From positions 312,666,001 through 312,730,000 of the forward strand of contig OZ024742.1 in NCBI GenBank assembly GCA_964016885.1: a DNA stretch of 64,000 bases, given 5' to 3'. Under the pieces are notes generated by a model that saw only the letters and a program-made list of their open reading frames with translations, searched no databases and was not told the DNA's origin. Shown here one piece after another: positions 38,573 through 50,419 of the stretch. Source of the stretch: Eledone cirrhosa. Taxonomy: Eukaryota. How positions within the stretch are numbered: position 1 is the first letter of the stretch; each line of letters begins with the position of its first letter. The position numbers and the translations under genes are program-made.

Positions 38573-39432
38573 GTGTATATATGTGTATATGTGTATGTAT
38601 GTATGTGTGTGTCTATATGTATGTACATGTATATATGTATGTATGTGTGTGTGTGTATATATATATATATATGTGTGTGTGTATATGTGTATGTATCTGT
38701 ATATGTATATATGGGGGTATAGATGTGTATGTGTGGATATAGATATATATGGATATGTATATATATGATTATATGCATGCGTGTGGATGTGTATTTAGGT
38801 TTGCATCTATTTTCACGTATGTATATTTTGGTTAGATATCAATATAACTGTACCTCTCTCTATATGTGGTGTGAATATATGCACTTTGTAGACTATGAAA
38901 TTTATGTGTTTTAACTATGCCAACATGTACTTATCTGAGTTTGATTGTTTATGCATAAACATACTTAGTAATATTTTAGAGTGTATAATATGTTATATTA
39001 TACTGAGTTCAATTTACCACACCGTACTATATGCTGTTGGTTAAGTTGTATATTATCGCATTATTATATCACATTATCTTATTATAATTTTCATCTTTTA
39101 ATATACTATCTTTCCTAGCCATAACATTAATTTATATTCACCTTAAAACTCAATACAACACTAATCACCATTTATTTTGACATTCCTTTTAAATTCACTA
39201 TACAAGACACATTCAACTATCAGTTTGACAATCCCCTTTCTAATAGATTTTTATGCCATTTCTACTAACACCTTTCAACCATTCCTTTCAAAGGGTCATG
39301 ACCTCAACTAAAGTGTATTACTTTTCATCTTAACACCATATGAAAAAAACAATTTGATTCGTTAGTTCTTCAACTACCTCCAAATATGGACATGATACTA
39401 ATTCTGAGTGAAATTATTATTGAATAAAATTA

Positions 39433-39572
39433 TTATTGCTTTTGAAAACAGCTGGTGATATGCATGTAAGTAAATATTCTCTCTATCTGATAGTTTGTAA
39501 ACTTACATAGATCAATAACTGAGTATAGATACAATGTATTATCAGCATCTAGAAACGATCGTAAAGCAGTGA
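39433..39572 (+). ncRNA. Type I hammerhead with U3-A8 variant core (UUGAAAA) in PLE-2 pLTR
   Basis: Stem I ttattgctt/aagcagtga; core TTGAAAA 39442-39448; long stem II cagctggtgata/tatcagcatcta; GAAAC-GATC-GUA. Confidence 0.62.
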
Positions 39573-39629
39573 AGAAGTATATCTCTAATGACTTGATATT
39601 TTATTTCATTGTTTCAACTTATATCATGT

Positions 39630-39665
<36 letters not shown>

Positions 39666-40443
39666 GTTTAACGTCCGTGTTCCACGCTTGCATGGGTTTG
39701 GACGGGGGTTTTCCCCCTTGAGGCAAGAGTGATTGTCTTGCTCGCATAGGACTGTCTGGCAGGTTTTCTACAGTTGGATGCCCTTCCTAACACCAACCAC
39801 ATTTACAGTGTGGGTCTGGGAGGTTTTTACCGTGTTGCCTACACGGCCACATTACAGTGTGGACTGTGTGTTTTTTTGTCGTGACACCTACACGATCTCA
39901 TTTGTTTCGGCCTGGATGGTGTGGCACCAACATAACTTTACATAGAGGGGGCGGTGTGGCTGGGGTGGGGGTGGTGGGATGGGGGTGTATTTTGTTAGAG
40001 ATGCCTACTGGCTGTAGTAGGTTTTACTTTGTATTTAGGTAAGGCGGGTCTTCTCTATTACTGAGTACCGCCAAAGGTCTCGGTCCAGTGACATTGTCTT
40101 GGTGAGGTGTAACTGTGTGAGGTCGGAGTTTATCAGCTCGTCCCAGGTTTTTCTGGGTCTGCCTATTCCGTGGCTACCGTCTATCTTTATTGCCCTGCAC
40201 TTTGTTATACAGCTATCGTCCTTCATGCGCATCACGTGTCCATACCAACGTAGCCTTCTCTCTAGTAAACAACATCTGATCCCTCTTATTTCTAATTTTT
40301 TCCTTAGTTCGTTTATGCTTTGTCGTTCACTTATATTACTATTACACATCCAGCGGAGCATGCAAGCTTCGTTTCTCTCTAGTCTGCGTATATCCTCTGC
40401 ACACAATGCCCAGGTCTCACTGCCATGCAACATTGCTGTTCGT
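39630..40443 (-). mobile_element. RTE LINE subfamily A, 5'-truncated
   Basis: RTAMLHGSETW...RLRWYGHVMR...GRPRKTW; 3' UTR like 9060-9447; (CAT)n; 5' end abuts (TA)n. Confidence 0.92.
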
Positions 40444-40681
40444 ATATATATATATATATATATAATCATATCTCATTTTGTTTGACCCGTTTAGCTTGTT
40501 CGCTCTCTTGGCTATAGTGGCTATGGCTTCTTAACCATCGTCTCAGTGTGTATGATCATTTTAACTTATGTTTAAAGCTCTGCTATCCTCTTCATATGCA
40601 TGGAGCGCTTGTCTGCACATTATTGAAGTTGCGTTTCGCTAATTTCTACCCGCCGAAATGCGATTCTCGAAATGCGATATT

Positions 40682-40714
<33 letters not shown>

Positions 40715-40920
40715 ATATATATACATATTATATACATATTATACATATATATATATATATCTAGGGAGTGTAACTTGGAGTTACTGCAGGTTCACCCGGG
40801 TGAGCACTCGATGTTTAGGTTCACTCCTGTGTTGAGGTGTAGAACTATACAGAGTGTAATATATTGAAAGGATAACAAGGACGATTGGTATAAGAAAAAT
40901 TTTTCTTATACCATTTTAAA

Positions 40921-41007
40921 GGGTCTGTCGAGCTGGCGATTATTGAGTCGGGTAAGATCGATACAGATCAAACCTTGAACTGATCGGTGGCGAAACGCGC
41001 GTCACCT
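40921..41007 (+). ncRNA. Hammerhead with core substitution (CUGUCGA), inside a 24-bp inverted repeat (40866-40889 / 41032-41055)
   Basis: gggt-CTGTCGA-gctggcgatta..tgatcggtggc-GAAAC-GCGC-GUC-acct. Confidence 0.55.
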
Positions 41008-41052
41008 ACCAATAAATGTAATGAAGGAGTAACCAATCGTCCTTGTTATCCT

Positions 41053-41142
<90 letters not shown>

Positions 41143-41145
<3 letters not shown>

Positions 41146-42849
41146 AGAGTTATAGCACAGTTGATTAGGGACCGGGTGAAAATAGACGAGATGCAATTTG
41201 GGTTTGTACAAGGAAGAGGCACCACTGATGCCCTCTTCCTTGTGAGGCAATTACAGGAAAAGTACCTAGCTAAAAGTAAGCCACTCTACTTGGCATTTGT
41301 CGACCTTGAGAAAGCCTTTGACAGAGTTCCACGTGCTGTAATCTGGTGGGCTCTTAGAAAACTAGGAGTAGATGAATGGCTTGTGAAAGTGGTACAAGCC
41401 ATGTATAGGGGAGCAGTCAGCAAAGTTAGGATTAGCAATGAGTATAGCGAGGAATTTAGTGTACAGGTTGGGGTCCACCAGGGCTCCGTTCTTAGCCCCC
41501 TCTTGTTCATCATAGTCCTGCAGGCAATAACAGAGGAGTTTAAGACCGGATGCCCATGGGAACTCCTCTATGCTGATGACCTCGCACTCATAGCTGAATC
41601 TATGGTAGAACTAAAAAGAAAGGGTCTCAAAGTCAACATGACAAAGACTAAGGTCCTTGTAAGTAGACGAGAAAACAGAACCCATATCCCCTCAGGGAAA
41701 TGGCCTTGCTCAGTATGTAGGAAAGGTGTAGGTAGGAACTCCATTCTCTGCCCCAAATGCAAACAATGGGTACACAAGAGATGTTGTGGGATCTCAGGAA
41801 GCTTAATTAAGAATGTAGGCTTCACATGCAGCAGCTGTGCTGAGACAGCAAGCAGCAAACAGCCACAGGAAACAAGTACCACCAATCTCTGGGAGGGCTC
41901 TGTAGAAACAGTAGACAGCTTCTGCTACCTAGGTGACCAAATTAGCAGCGGAGGTGGGTGTTCAGAAAGTACAATAACTAGGGTAAGAACGGGATGGAAG
42001 AAGTTTAGGGAACTACTACCACTGCTAGCTGCAAAAGGCTTCTCCCTCAGAATGAAAGGCAGACTGTATGATGCGTGTATCCGAACAGCAATGTTGCATG
42101 GTAGTGAGACCTGGGCACTGAAGGTGGAAGACTTACGTAGATTAGAGAGAAACGAAGCCTGCATGCTCCGATGGATGTGTAACAGTAATATACATGAACG
42201 ACAAAGCATAAATGAATTGAGAGAGAGACTGAGCATAAGAGGAATCAAATGCTGTGTGCAGGAGAGGCGGTTGCGCTGGTATGGACATGTGATGTGTATG
42301 AAGGATGACAGCTGCATAAAAAGGTACAGAGCACTAGAAGTTGATGGAAACCGCGGAGGGGGGAGACCCAAGATGACCTGGGATGAGGTGATAAAAGCCG
42401 ACCTTACCCAATTACACCTCTCAAAGGCAATGACACACGACCGTGACTTCTGGCGTCACGCAGTAATACAGAGTACCCGACCTCCCATGGGTACAAGCTG
42501 AAGCATATAGACAATATGCCCCCATACCCCCCACCGCAAGGTGGTCGTGGAGGTGCCACGGTAAAAAAGCACCCAGCCCACACTGTAAAGTGGACATGTA
42601 GGCGCCACAAAAAAGCACCCAGCCCACACTGTAAAGTGGACGTGTAGGCGCCACGAAAAAGCACCCAGCACTCATTGTAAATGAGGTTGGTGTTAGGAAG
42701 GGCATCCAGCTGTAGAAATCAAGCCAAATCAGTTCCTGTATGAGCAAGGCATGGTCAGCCGACCAGACACTGCCCACAACAGGACAACCCGTCTAACCCA
42801 TACTAGCGTGGAAGAACGGATGTAAAACGGTGATGATGATGATGATGAT
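41143..42849 (+). mobile_element. RTE LINE subfamily B, 5'-truncated (RT, intact Cys finger, 3' UTR)
   Basis: QFGF, DLEKAFD, GVHQGSVLSP, YADD, CSVC..CPKC..HKRC..CSSC, RLRWYGHV; (GAT)n; flanked by (TA)n. Confidence 0.95.
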
Positions 42850-42870
42850 ATATATATATATATATATATA

Positions 42871-44894
42871 AAGGGTGGGAGTAGGGAAGGATATACAGCC
42901 GCTAAGAGAGAAGCTAGACGTCAGGTGTACTTAGCACACAGGGAGACTGAGAGTAGGAGGTTTGAGGTTTGCCAATGTTCTGCGACGGGAAGATCAGAGG
43001 TGTGCAGTGTTCCACATTGCAAGGCAGTCTGTCAATGCAAATCAGGATGTTGTTGGCGATAAATGTGTCCGCAATTGTGCCGGTGTACTTAGTGTCACGA
43101 ATGATCCGAAAAAGGAGGCCTGGAAATGTCATTATGAGAGACTGATGAATGTGGAGAACGAATGGGAGAGAGAGAAATTACCCTCAGTAGTTCCGACAGA
43201 GGGACCAGCTATTGAGATTGACTAATATAGGGTTCAAGAGGCGATTAAGGAAATGAAAAATGGTAAGGCTGCTGGACCATCGGGTATAGTTGCTGAGATG
43301 CTGAAGGCATCAGGGGACGTAGGCACTAAACTGGTTGCACACATCATCAATCAGGCTATATATGGTGGTGTCATACCCAAAGACTGGTGCAGCAGTATTC
43401 TCATAAATTGCTACAAAGGTAAAGGGGATGCTCTGGAGAGGAGCAATTATAGGGGTATAAAACTGATGGATCAGGTTATGAAAGTGGCAGAAAGGATATT
43501 AGCACAACTAATTAGAGAAAGGGTCAAAGTAGATGAGATGCAGTTTGGTTTTGTGCCTGGGAAGAGTACAACAGATTCCTTCTTCTTGGTGAGACAATTG
43601 CAAGAGAGGTTCTTAGAGAAAAATAAGCCACTATACTTAGCCTTTGTTGACCTAAAGGTGGCCTTTGATAGGGTACCCCTATCTGTCATCTGGTGGTCCC
43701 TAAGGAAACTAGGTGTTGAGGAATGGCTTGTGAGGACTGCAAACTTTGTACAGAGGTATTGTCAGTAAAGTCAGGGTAGGAATGGAGTTTAGTGAAGAAT
43801 TGCAGATACAAGTAGGAGTACATAAAGTTTCGATCCTCAGCCCGCTCTTGTTCATTATAGTCCTCCAAGCCATAACAGAGGAGTTTAAGACTGACTGTCC
43901 ATGGGAACTTCTCTATGTTGACGATCTGGTTCTTATAGCAGAATCAGTAGAGGAGCTAGAGAATAAATTCTGGCTATGGATACAGCAGTTGGAAGCAAGA
44001 GGACTGAGAGTGAACCTACCTAAGACAAAAGTGTTGATGAGTAGAAAAGAGGACAAAACTCTGATTCCGCCAGGGAAATGGCCATGTTCGATATGTAGAA
44101 AAGGAACTGGCATAAATTCTATAAAATGCACACAATGCAGATCCTGGGTACACAAAAGATGTAGCAGGATATCAGGAAAGCTAACAGGTAGGGAGAAATA
44201 CGTATGCAGTAGATGTACAGGGAAATTAGACAGTAGAAGTCCCATTGATAGACACATTTTTCAAATGCAGGTGGGTGCTATAGAAGTGGTGGATAGCTTC
44301 CGGTACCTAGGAGATCAGATTAGTATGGGAGGAGGGTGTTCCGAGGCCATAGTATCTAGAATAAGGACGGGTTGGAAGAAGTTTAGGGAGCTGCTTCCTC
44401 TGCTGACGAAGGGTTTCTCTCTGCATACAAAAGGCCGGTTATATGATGCCTGTATGAGCAGTGCGATGTTGCATGGTAGTGAGACATGGGCAGCAACTGC
44501 AGAGGATATGCGACGGCTGGAGAGAAATGAGGCAAGCATGCTCCGTTGGATGTGCAGTGTCAATGTGCATGAATGTGTTGAGAGAGAAACTGTGTCTGAG
44601 AGGGATAGAATGTAGTGAGCGAGAGAGGAGACTGAGGTGGTATGGATATGTGATGCGCATGGAGGATGACCGATGGGTGAAGAAGTGCCAGGAAATGCCA
44701 GTTGAAGGAAGACGTGGTAGAGGTAGACCACAAAAAACATGGGCGGAGGTGGTGAGAACAGACCTCAGATCGCTGAAGCTCACGGTGGAGATGACAAAGG
44801 ACCGTGACAAGTGGAGAGATGCTGTGCTGAATAAGACCCGCCCACCCTTGCAAGCAGGGAAAAGCGGATATAAAATGATGATGATGATGATGAT
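42871..44894 (+). mobile_element. RTE LINE subfamily C, 5'-truncated and frameshifted
   Basis: KAAGP, NYRGIKL, QFGF, YVDD, CSIC..CTQC..HKRC..CSRC, RLRWYGYV; short 3' UTR and (GAT)n; flanked by (TA)n. Confidence 0.93.
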
Positions 44895-44922
44895 ATATAT
44901 ACATATCATATATATATATATA

Positions 44923-45068
44923 TAATGAAGGAAGTGTGGTAAGGAACCAGGTGGACCAGAGTACTTGATACTTAGGGTAGTAGAGTAGGTAATAGGAAAA
45001 GAGTCAGGTTCCCGATGGCCGTTTCAACAGTTAGATCCAATCTAGCTGTCGGGGTCCTGACTCTTTCC

Positions 45069-45070
<2 letters not shown>
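44923..45070 (-). mobile_element. Short hairpin element with a core-deleted hammerhead scaffold (PLE pLTR-like)
   Basis: Shares its 3' ~80 bp with 54603-54688; minus strand has gacagctaga/tctaactgtt-GAAAC-GGCC-AUC but no CUGAnGA; flanked by (TA)n. Confidence 0.45.
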
Positions 45071-45100
<30 letters not shown>

Positions 45101-45339
45101 CACATATTTATATATAATATATACATACATATATACACATATACTGATATATATATATTGAGAGCATTGTGAGAACTCTTTAGTTGTGTCAAGAATATAG
45201 CAACCTCCCAGTGTCCCTTGTAAAGGGGTTGGTATTAGGAATGTCATCATGCTGTAGAAGCAATGCCAAAACCTTAAATATAAGTTCACAGCCCATTTAC
45301 GCAGACAGTAGATTAAGTTCTCTCTTTGTCTATAAAAAA

Positions 45340-45660
45340 GGGCACTAAGGGTAAGAGGAGTTTGAATTTAGAATTTTCCTCTCCTAGATAGGTTGCTCCT
45401 GCCAAGCAGTCCTATTGCTCACCATTTCAAGTAAGCAGGGTTTTACATTTAAGAGTTCTCTTCTCCTAAATATGTTGCCTCTGAAAATCAGTCCTATAGT
45501 ACTTCTATTCAAGCAGACTATTGTTTTGATAGTTGTTGACTCTGTGCTGGGGTCATCCATCCTTTTGACAGTCTTTATTTTCCCTGCTGGGTTTCTAGAA
45601 ACCTTCGTAACCAGGCTGGGTTGGTGTGGGAGGGATGGTTTAGTCGTTGATGATGACCTG
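45340..45660 (-). mobile_element. Possible RTE 5' UTR remnant
   Basis: Two decayed copies of ggcaac..tctaggagaaggaaaactct..attcaaac, a motif I associate with RTE 5' UTRs (recall only). Confidence 0.35.
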
Positions 45661-46389
45661 ACCATGAAGCACATTGCACTGTATTACATGTTACCAGTAA
45701 TGCTCAAAGCAACCTCACCCCTTCCCCCCCCCACAAACATACACAAGCACACATACACATGCATGTACTCACACATGCATGTACACACACATACACACTC
45801 TCTCTCACATGCACACAGTTATTTCAGCCAAACTATAGCTTTATATTCATATCTGTAATTATTGGAGTACTTAGATACATAACTAACTGCCTCAGTACCA
45901 AAACTAGAAAAGCTCAGCTTCTGAAAACTAGAAAGGCCTGATAATTAAGAAATTATAGTTACAAGCCTTTAATGGAATTGTGAAAATATGTAAAACAAGT
46001 TAATCCTGTAATAAGTGCATATACATACATTTAGACACACGGACATATGTAAACATACATATACAGAGTTCAAGAAAGCCAGATCTACACATATGGGGAC
46101 ATGCATCACATATACATATATGTGCAGATAAATGTATACATATCTATGTGTATGTTGTCTAAATTCCAATGAAATAGTCTTGTTTTTAGGCTAAAGACTG
46201 TCTCGTTTCATTTTGGTGAACATCTTTTTAAATAAACCAAAATAATCTACATAAATACTTCTGAAACTCCATTGACTATGTCAGTGATAAGCATGTGTGT
46301 TACTTTTCAACATTTCAACAACTATCCCTGATGGTCTAGCTGCTTTCTCAGCATACATATTCTGAATGCTGGCCATGACCATTGTGAAG

Positions 46390-46690
46390 GTAAGCACTCA
46401 GATGGGATAATCCTCTTCTCATTCAAGGGACACCATGTGTTGTGACACCTTCTCCAGCTCCATGTAATGCTGCCTATAACACTAAGTAGAGAAATATAGC
46501 AAAATATTAGGACTTGACTGACCCCCTTCCTTTTCATACCAGTTGTTGTCAAGATCTTTAGTGTCCTTAGTCTCCAAACTGCCATTTTTCTCTGCAAAAT
46601 TAGGAGAAGTGTATCTTGCCTGAGAAGAGAGCCCTGTGAGGTGAAGTAGCTGATGCAGTGTCACTGGCTGTTCTCTGAAATAATGCCTTT
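46390..46690 (+). mobile_element. CRE-clade RLE domain fossil
   Basis: Manual reading SDGIILFSFKG..CCDTFS ... FIPVVVK...TAIFLCKIRR...EP.EVK.LMQ, resembling PDG...WD.TC.DT ... F.PVAVET...EPRE..WL.QR. Confidence 0.5.
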
Positions 46691-46815
46691 GCCCTTTTTG
46701 GGGCATAGCTGAGATATACTATCTAGACTGGGGTATGGAGTCTGATACTCTCCTTTACTTAGTATTTGCAATATTACTTGCAAGCTGTTGAAGTGTGTAT
46801 GCATATTTTGGTATG

Positions 46816-46849
<34 letters not shown>

Positions 46850-46867
46850 CATATTTTTTTTATTTAC

Positions 46868-47015
46868 TTACATAATAAACAACACAATATAATTATTCCA
46901 ATTAAATCTTTGGTAATGGAATAATTATATTGTGTTGTTTATTATGTAATTAATTAGCTCTGTACTATACATAGAACACTCTTCTTTCCTTACCTTTTCT
47001 ACAGAAATACTTAAT
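46868..47015 (+). repeat. Relative of the 24.1-24.3 kb hammerhead element's 3' part, with a 33-bp perfect inverted duplication
   Basis: 46868-46900 is the reverse complement of 46917-46949; 46911-47010 aligns to 24166-24270. Confidence 0.75.
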
Positions 47016-47094
47016 ACATACACACACACATATATATACATATATCAAATGAAAAAATGGAGTTAAAGATTCATGTTAATCCCCTGTAATTTAA

Positions 47095-47314
47095 CCCTTT
47101 AATGTTCAAACTGGCCAAAACTGGCCAGAATTCTCCACCTCTTTCTATTGAAACTGGCTGTAACCGGTTGCTCATACTGATGTTAAGGTTTTGTTCTCAA
47201 AATAAATACTTTCAAAATCTCATAGATTCGATATTATGTGAGATAATTATGCGAGGTAAAGCCTTTACCATGAAAATATAATAGTATATATAGAGTAATG
47301 TAAATGCTAAAGGG
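47095..47314 (+). mobile_element. piggyBac-like MITE, complete
   Basis: TTAA-CCCTTTA...TGCTAAAGGG-TTAA. Confidence 0.82.
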
Positions 47315-47919
47315 TTAATGAGTTCAAGGTATAATTACTGGGCTCTTCACAATATAATATATAGAGGAGAACGCATAAAAGAGTATGTTTTGAATTACGA
47401 GGGGTAGATAACCACTAGAATGAAATGCATAAAGTCTATGAAAAGTGTGGAAAATACATAGTGATTGGAAAGGTAAATTAAAATCCACAAACCCACCTTT
47501 ATAACTATAAAACACCTGGACAGACTCAAAGAAGAGACGGTTTTGCCATAAACAGTGTCAGAACCATAACATCCCAGGGTTTGTCAACACGTTTGATTCA
47601 GTCATCTAAAGTCTCTTTCGTAGTGCAGTCCATATCATCTTTACACCTGTTGACAAACCCCCAATAATTATATTTTCCCCCAAAATGCATTACAATTCAT
47701 GTATATGTTATGTTTATTGCATATCAAAGTTTTTTATATCTAGGTTGATATTTGGTAATAACAGTTAAATTAGTCACTACAACTAAATTGACCAAATTTG
47801 ACCTCCCCACTCAATTCAGAAATGCTTCCACCATCCCTGAATATATAAATATACAGATAAATACCTATGTATATATATAGTTAGTTGGGGCATTATCACA
47901 GATATTTTATTCTTTAGAT

Positions 47920-48091
47920 CAGGCATGTCATTTTACAAGCATACCTGCGGCCCACACAAAGGTTTTACAGCATGAGCATGTTTTATTTTCGTTATATAAA
48001 AATTAGTTGTAATGTGTTCAATTAGTTGTCATGTGTGGCCCTCAGACAACATATATGTGGCCCTTGGGGGACCCTCAGTTTGACATGGCTG
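47920..48091. mobile_element. hAT (Charlie-like) MITE
   Basis: TIRs caggcatgtca / tgacatggctg; 8-bp TSD ctttagat / ctttatat; internal tg(c/t)ggccc motifs. Confidence 0.7.
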
Positions 48092-48319
48092 CTTTATATA
48101 GTTTATCTAGAACAAGATGACTTTGTATAATCCATCAATCTTCACACTATTGATTGTTGCAAGAAGCTGTGGATAGAGAAAGCAAGTTAACCTTCCCTTT
48201 TGTTATTATATTTCTAGTGGAAGACATTGACTTTGATTTTCAAATAATTTTGTAAACCAACCAAAAATTTGGAGGGATTTAGTAATATAAATAACTTTTT
48301 TCCTTACTAAGCTAGTGAG

Positions 48320-49015
48320 GGTGGTGGATTATTAGAATCGTTAGTGTTTTGGGTAATATGCATAGCAGTATTTTATTACAGCCTGCTACATTCTGGCTTC
48401 AAATAATGCTGAAGTCAACTTTGTTTTTCATCCTTCCAGGATCGATAAAAATAAAGTACCAGTTAACTACTGAGGTTAATGTAATTGACTTTCATCTTGA
48501 ACAAAATATTTCTGGCTTTGTGCCTTTGTTAGAAACCATATTTAAGCTGGTGTTTGGAACATATCTTAACAAAGGTTCGCAGATGAAATTATGATAGAAG
48601 GTTTTGAAGTAAATATAAACACTTTAAAAGAAGCAGTTTTGTACCATAGAACCATAAACAGTTTCAGGCAGTTTGGTATAAAAATGTTTAAGCAAAATTA
48701 CTGAGACATTAATTGAACTTGTGACATGGACATTGCCATCAGCAGTTCCTCACAACCCTAAGTCATTCCCACACAGATATATAGATATCTGTTTTAGATG
48801 ATTGTTAGAGATATCACATTTACAATAATTGTTTCTACTTTTGGCACAAGGCCAGCAATTACCCAGTGCATTACTGGTACTTTATTTTATTGACCCCGTA
48901 AGGATGAAAGGCAAAGTTAACCTCGGCGGGATTTGAACTCAGAATGGCAAGGGCCGTAACTCTATGCGTCAAAGCATGGCATCCGACCCTCTACCGATAC
49001 TGCCAATCCACCACC
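48320..49015. mobile_element. Two Meta-like SINEs (48320-48540 +, 48826-49015 -)
   Basis: Family diagnostic ttcatcc...gataaaa..aagtaccag and its reverse complement. Confidence 0.7.
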
Positions 49016-49081
49016 AATAATGAGTTCTCAATATAAGTTGAGTCACTACTTCTCTGAATTGAGAGCTCACAACTCCGATTT

Positions 49082-49327
49082 ACAGACAAATGGTTAGAAT
49101 GTCTCAGGAAAGAATTGCAGGACAGATTTTACAGGCAAACCAGCTGGCAGAAGATACAGGGGTAGACCTCTAGCAAGATAGTTGGATAACATCCATGATC
49201 TCGGCTAATCTCACTTAGGGATCGAGCCAGATCAACTGGAGATGGTTGTTGCTGACAGGACTCACTGGAAGATGTGCTAGAGGATTCTGCTCCCACAACC
49301 TCTAAGGAATAAGTGGGTGAAGAAGAG
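49082..49327 (+). mobile_element. Rex3/Expander-like RTE 3' fossil
   Basis: VRMSQERIAGQIL...GR.RGRP...LDNIHDL..SHLGIEP..L..V.ADRTHW...LLPQP. Confidence 0.6.
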
Positions 49328-50419
49328 TTCTCAATACAAATTGTATATAATTTTGTATTGTATAGTATTGATAAAAATCATATTTGATATTGATTCTTCA
49401 TTGAAAGATTGTAGGAAAAAGATAGACACATATCCATACATTCATGTATGTGTGTGTGTGTGTGTGTGAGTATGTGTGTGTGTATGCATGTGAATGTATG
49501 TATGTATATATGCATGCATATATGTATGTGTGAATGTATGTATGTATGTGAATGTATGTATGCATGCATATATGTATGTATGTGTGTGTGTGAATGTATG
49601 TATGTATGTGTGTGAATGTATGTATGCATATATATATATGTACGTAAAGTAATGCTGACTCCATTAATTTGCTAAAATTATCACCTATGATTTGATCTTT
49701 TATTTCTCTATATTTGATCTTTCTACTTGATATTAACGATAGAGATTTGTCTCTGCCTCTAAAAGACAAGTGTGTCTTTATAAAGAATTACAGTTCTTAC
49801 ACAAATTATTATAACAGTCAATATAACTTATGTGGTAATTTAGTAGTGTATCATTTTATGATTGTATTTGAAAAATTCAGTGATTCACAGATAATATTGA
49901 AACTTTGGTTAGGATTGTTTTGAGAAAACCAATACAGTGTGCGTTAGAAATATAGGCATGAAAATGTGACTCAAATAAGGACAAACAAAACAGTTAACAC
50001 TTTTACCTTATATTTCACTTTTAACTTATATTTCACTTTTATCTCATATTTCAGCACTAGAATCCCTTTCTCAAAAGAAGAAAATGGAGTGTGATGTTGA
50101 TAGGGAGATTTACTACCTCTTCTCTTTAAATTGCTGGCCTTGTGCTAAAAATAGTAACAATTATTATTAGGTTCTACCTTCTAGAGTACTTCACGAAAGG
50201 TTGGCAGAATCGGTAGATCGTTGGATAATATGCTTTGCGGTATAGAGTTATGGCCATTTACGTTCTAATTTCAAATCCCACCAAGGTCAGCTTTGCCTTT
50301 CATCCTTATGGGGTTGATAAAATAAAGTACCTGTAATGTACTGAGGTCGATTTAATTGACTTTCCATTCCTATTCAAATTTTTGGCCTTTAAACAACTAT
50401 TTCGGTTGATAGAATCGAT

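Larger units (their letters stand above)
36006..39628 (+). mobile_element. Penelope-like element 2, 5'-truncated, with ~180-bp inverted terminal copy
   Basis: MGSMDSAQVTDLVG..GGLYRDDC at ~36192-36305, SNHP, CNCRNRSICPL, KTYIGST, LLNKRQE (stop 37890); 36006-36185 is the reverse complement of ~39446-39628. Confidence 0.88.

Noticed and set aside
40460-40680. Hairpin tgcgtttcg/cgaaatgcg as another hammerhead
   Set aside because: No CUGAnGA-like core or consistent stem I on either strand.
40987-41142. N-terminus of the 504-aa ORF
   Set aside because: Read-through of upstream island and (TA)n; RTE homology starts at ~41143.
47430-47700. Possible Tc1/mariner transposase C-terminal fossil (also weak PSD..LF at ~10690-10760)
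   Set aside because: Too degenerate; no catalytic motif or TIR could be confirmed.
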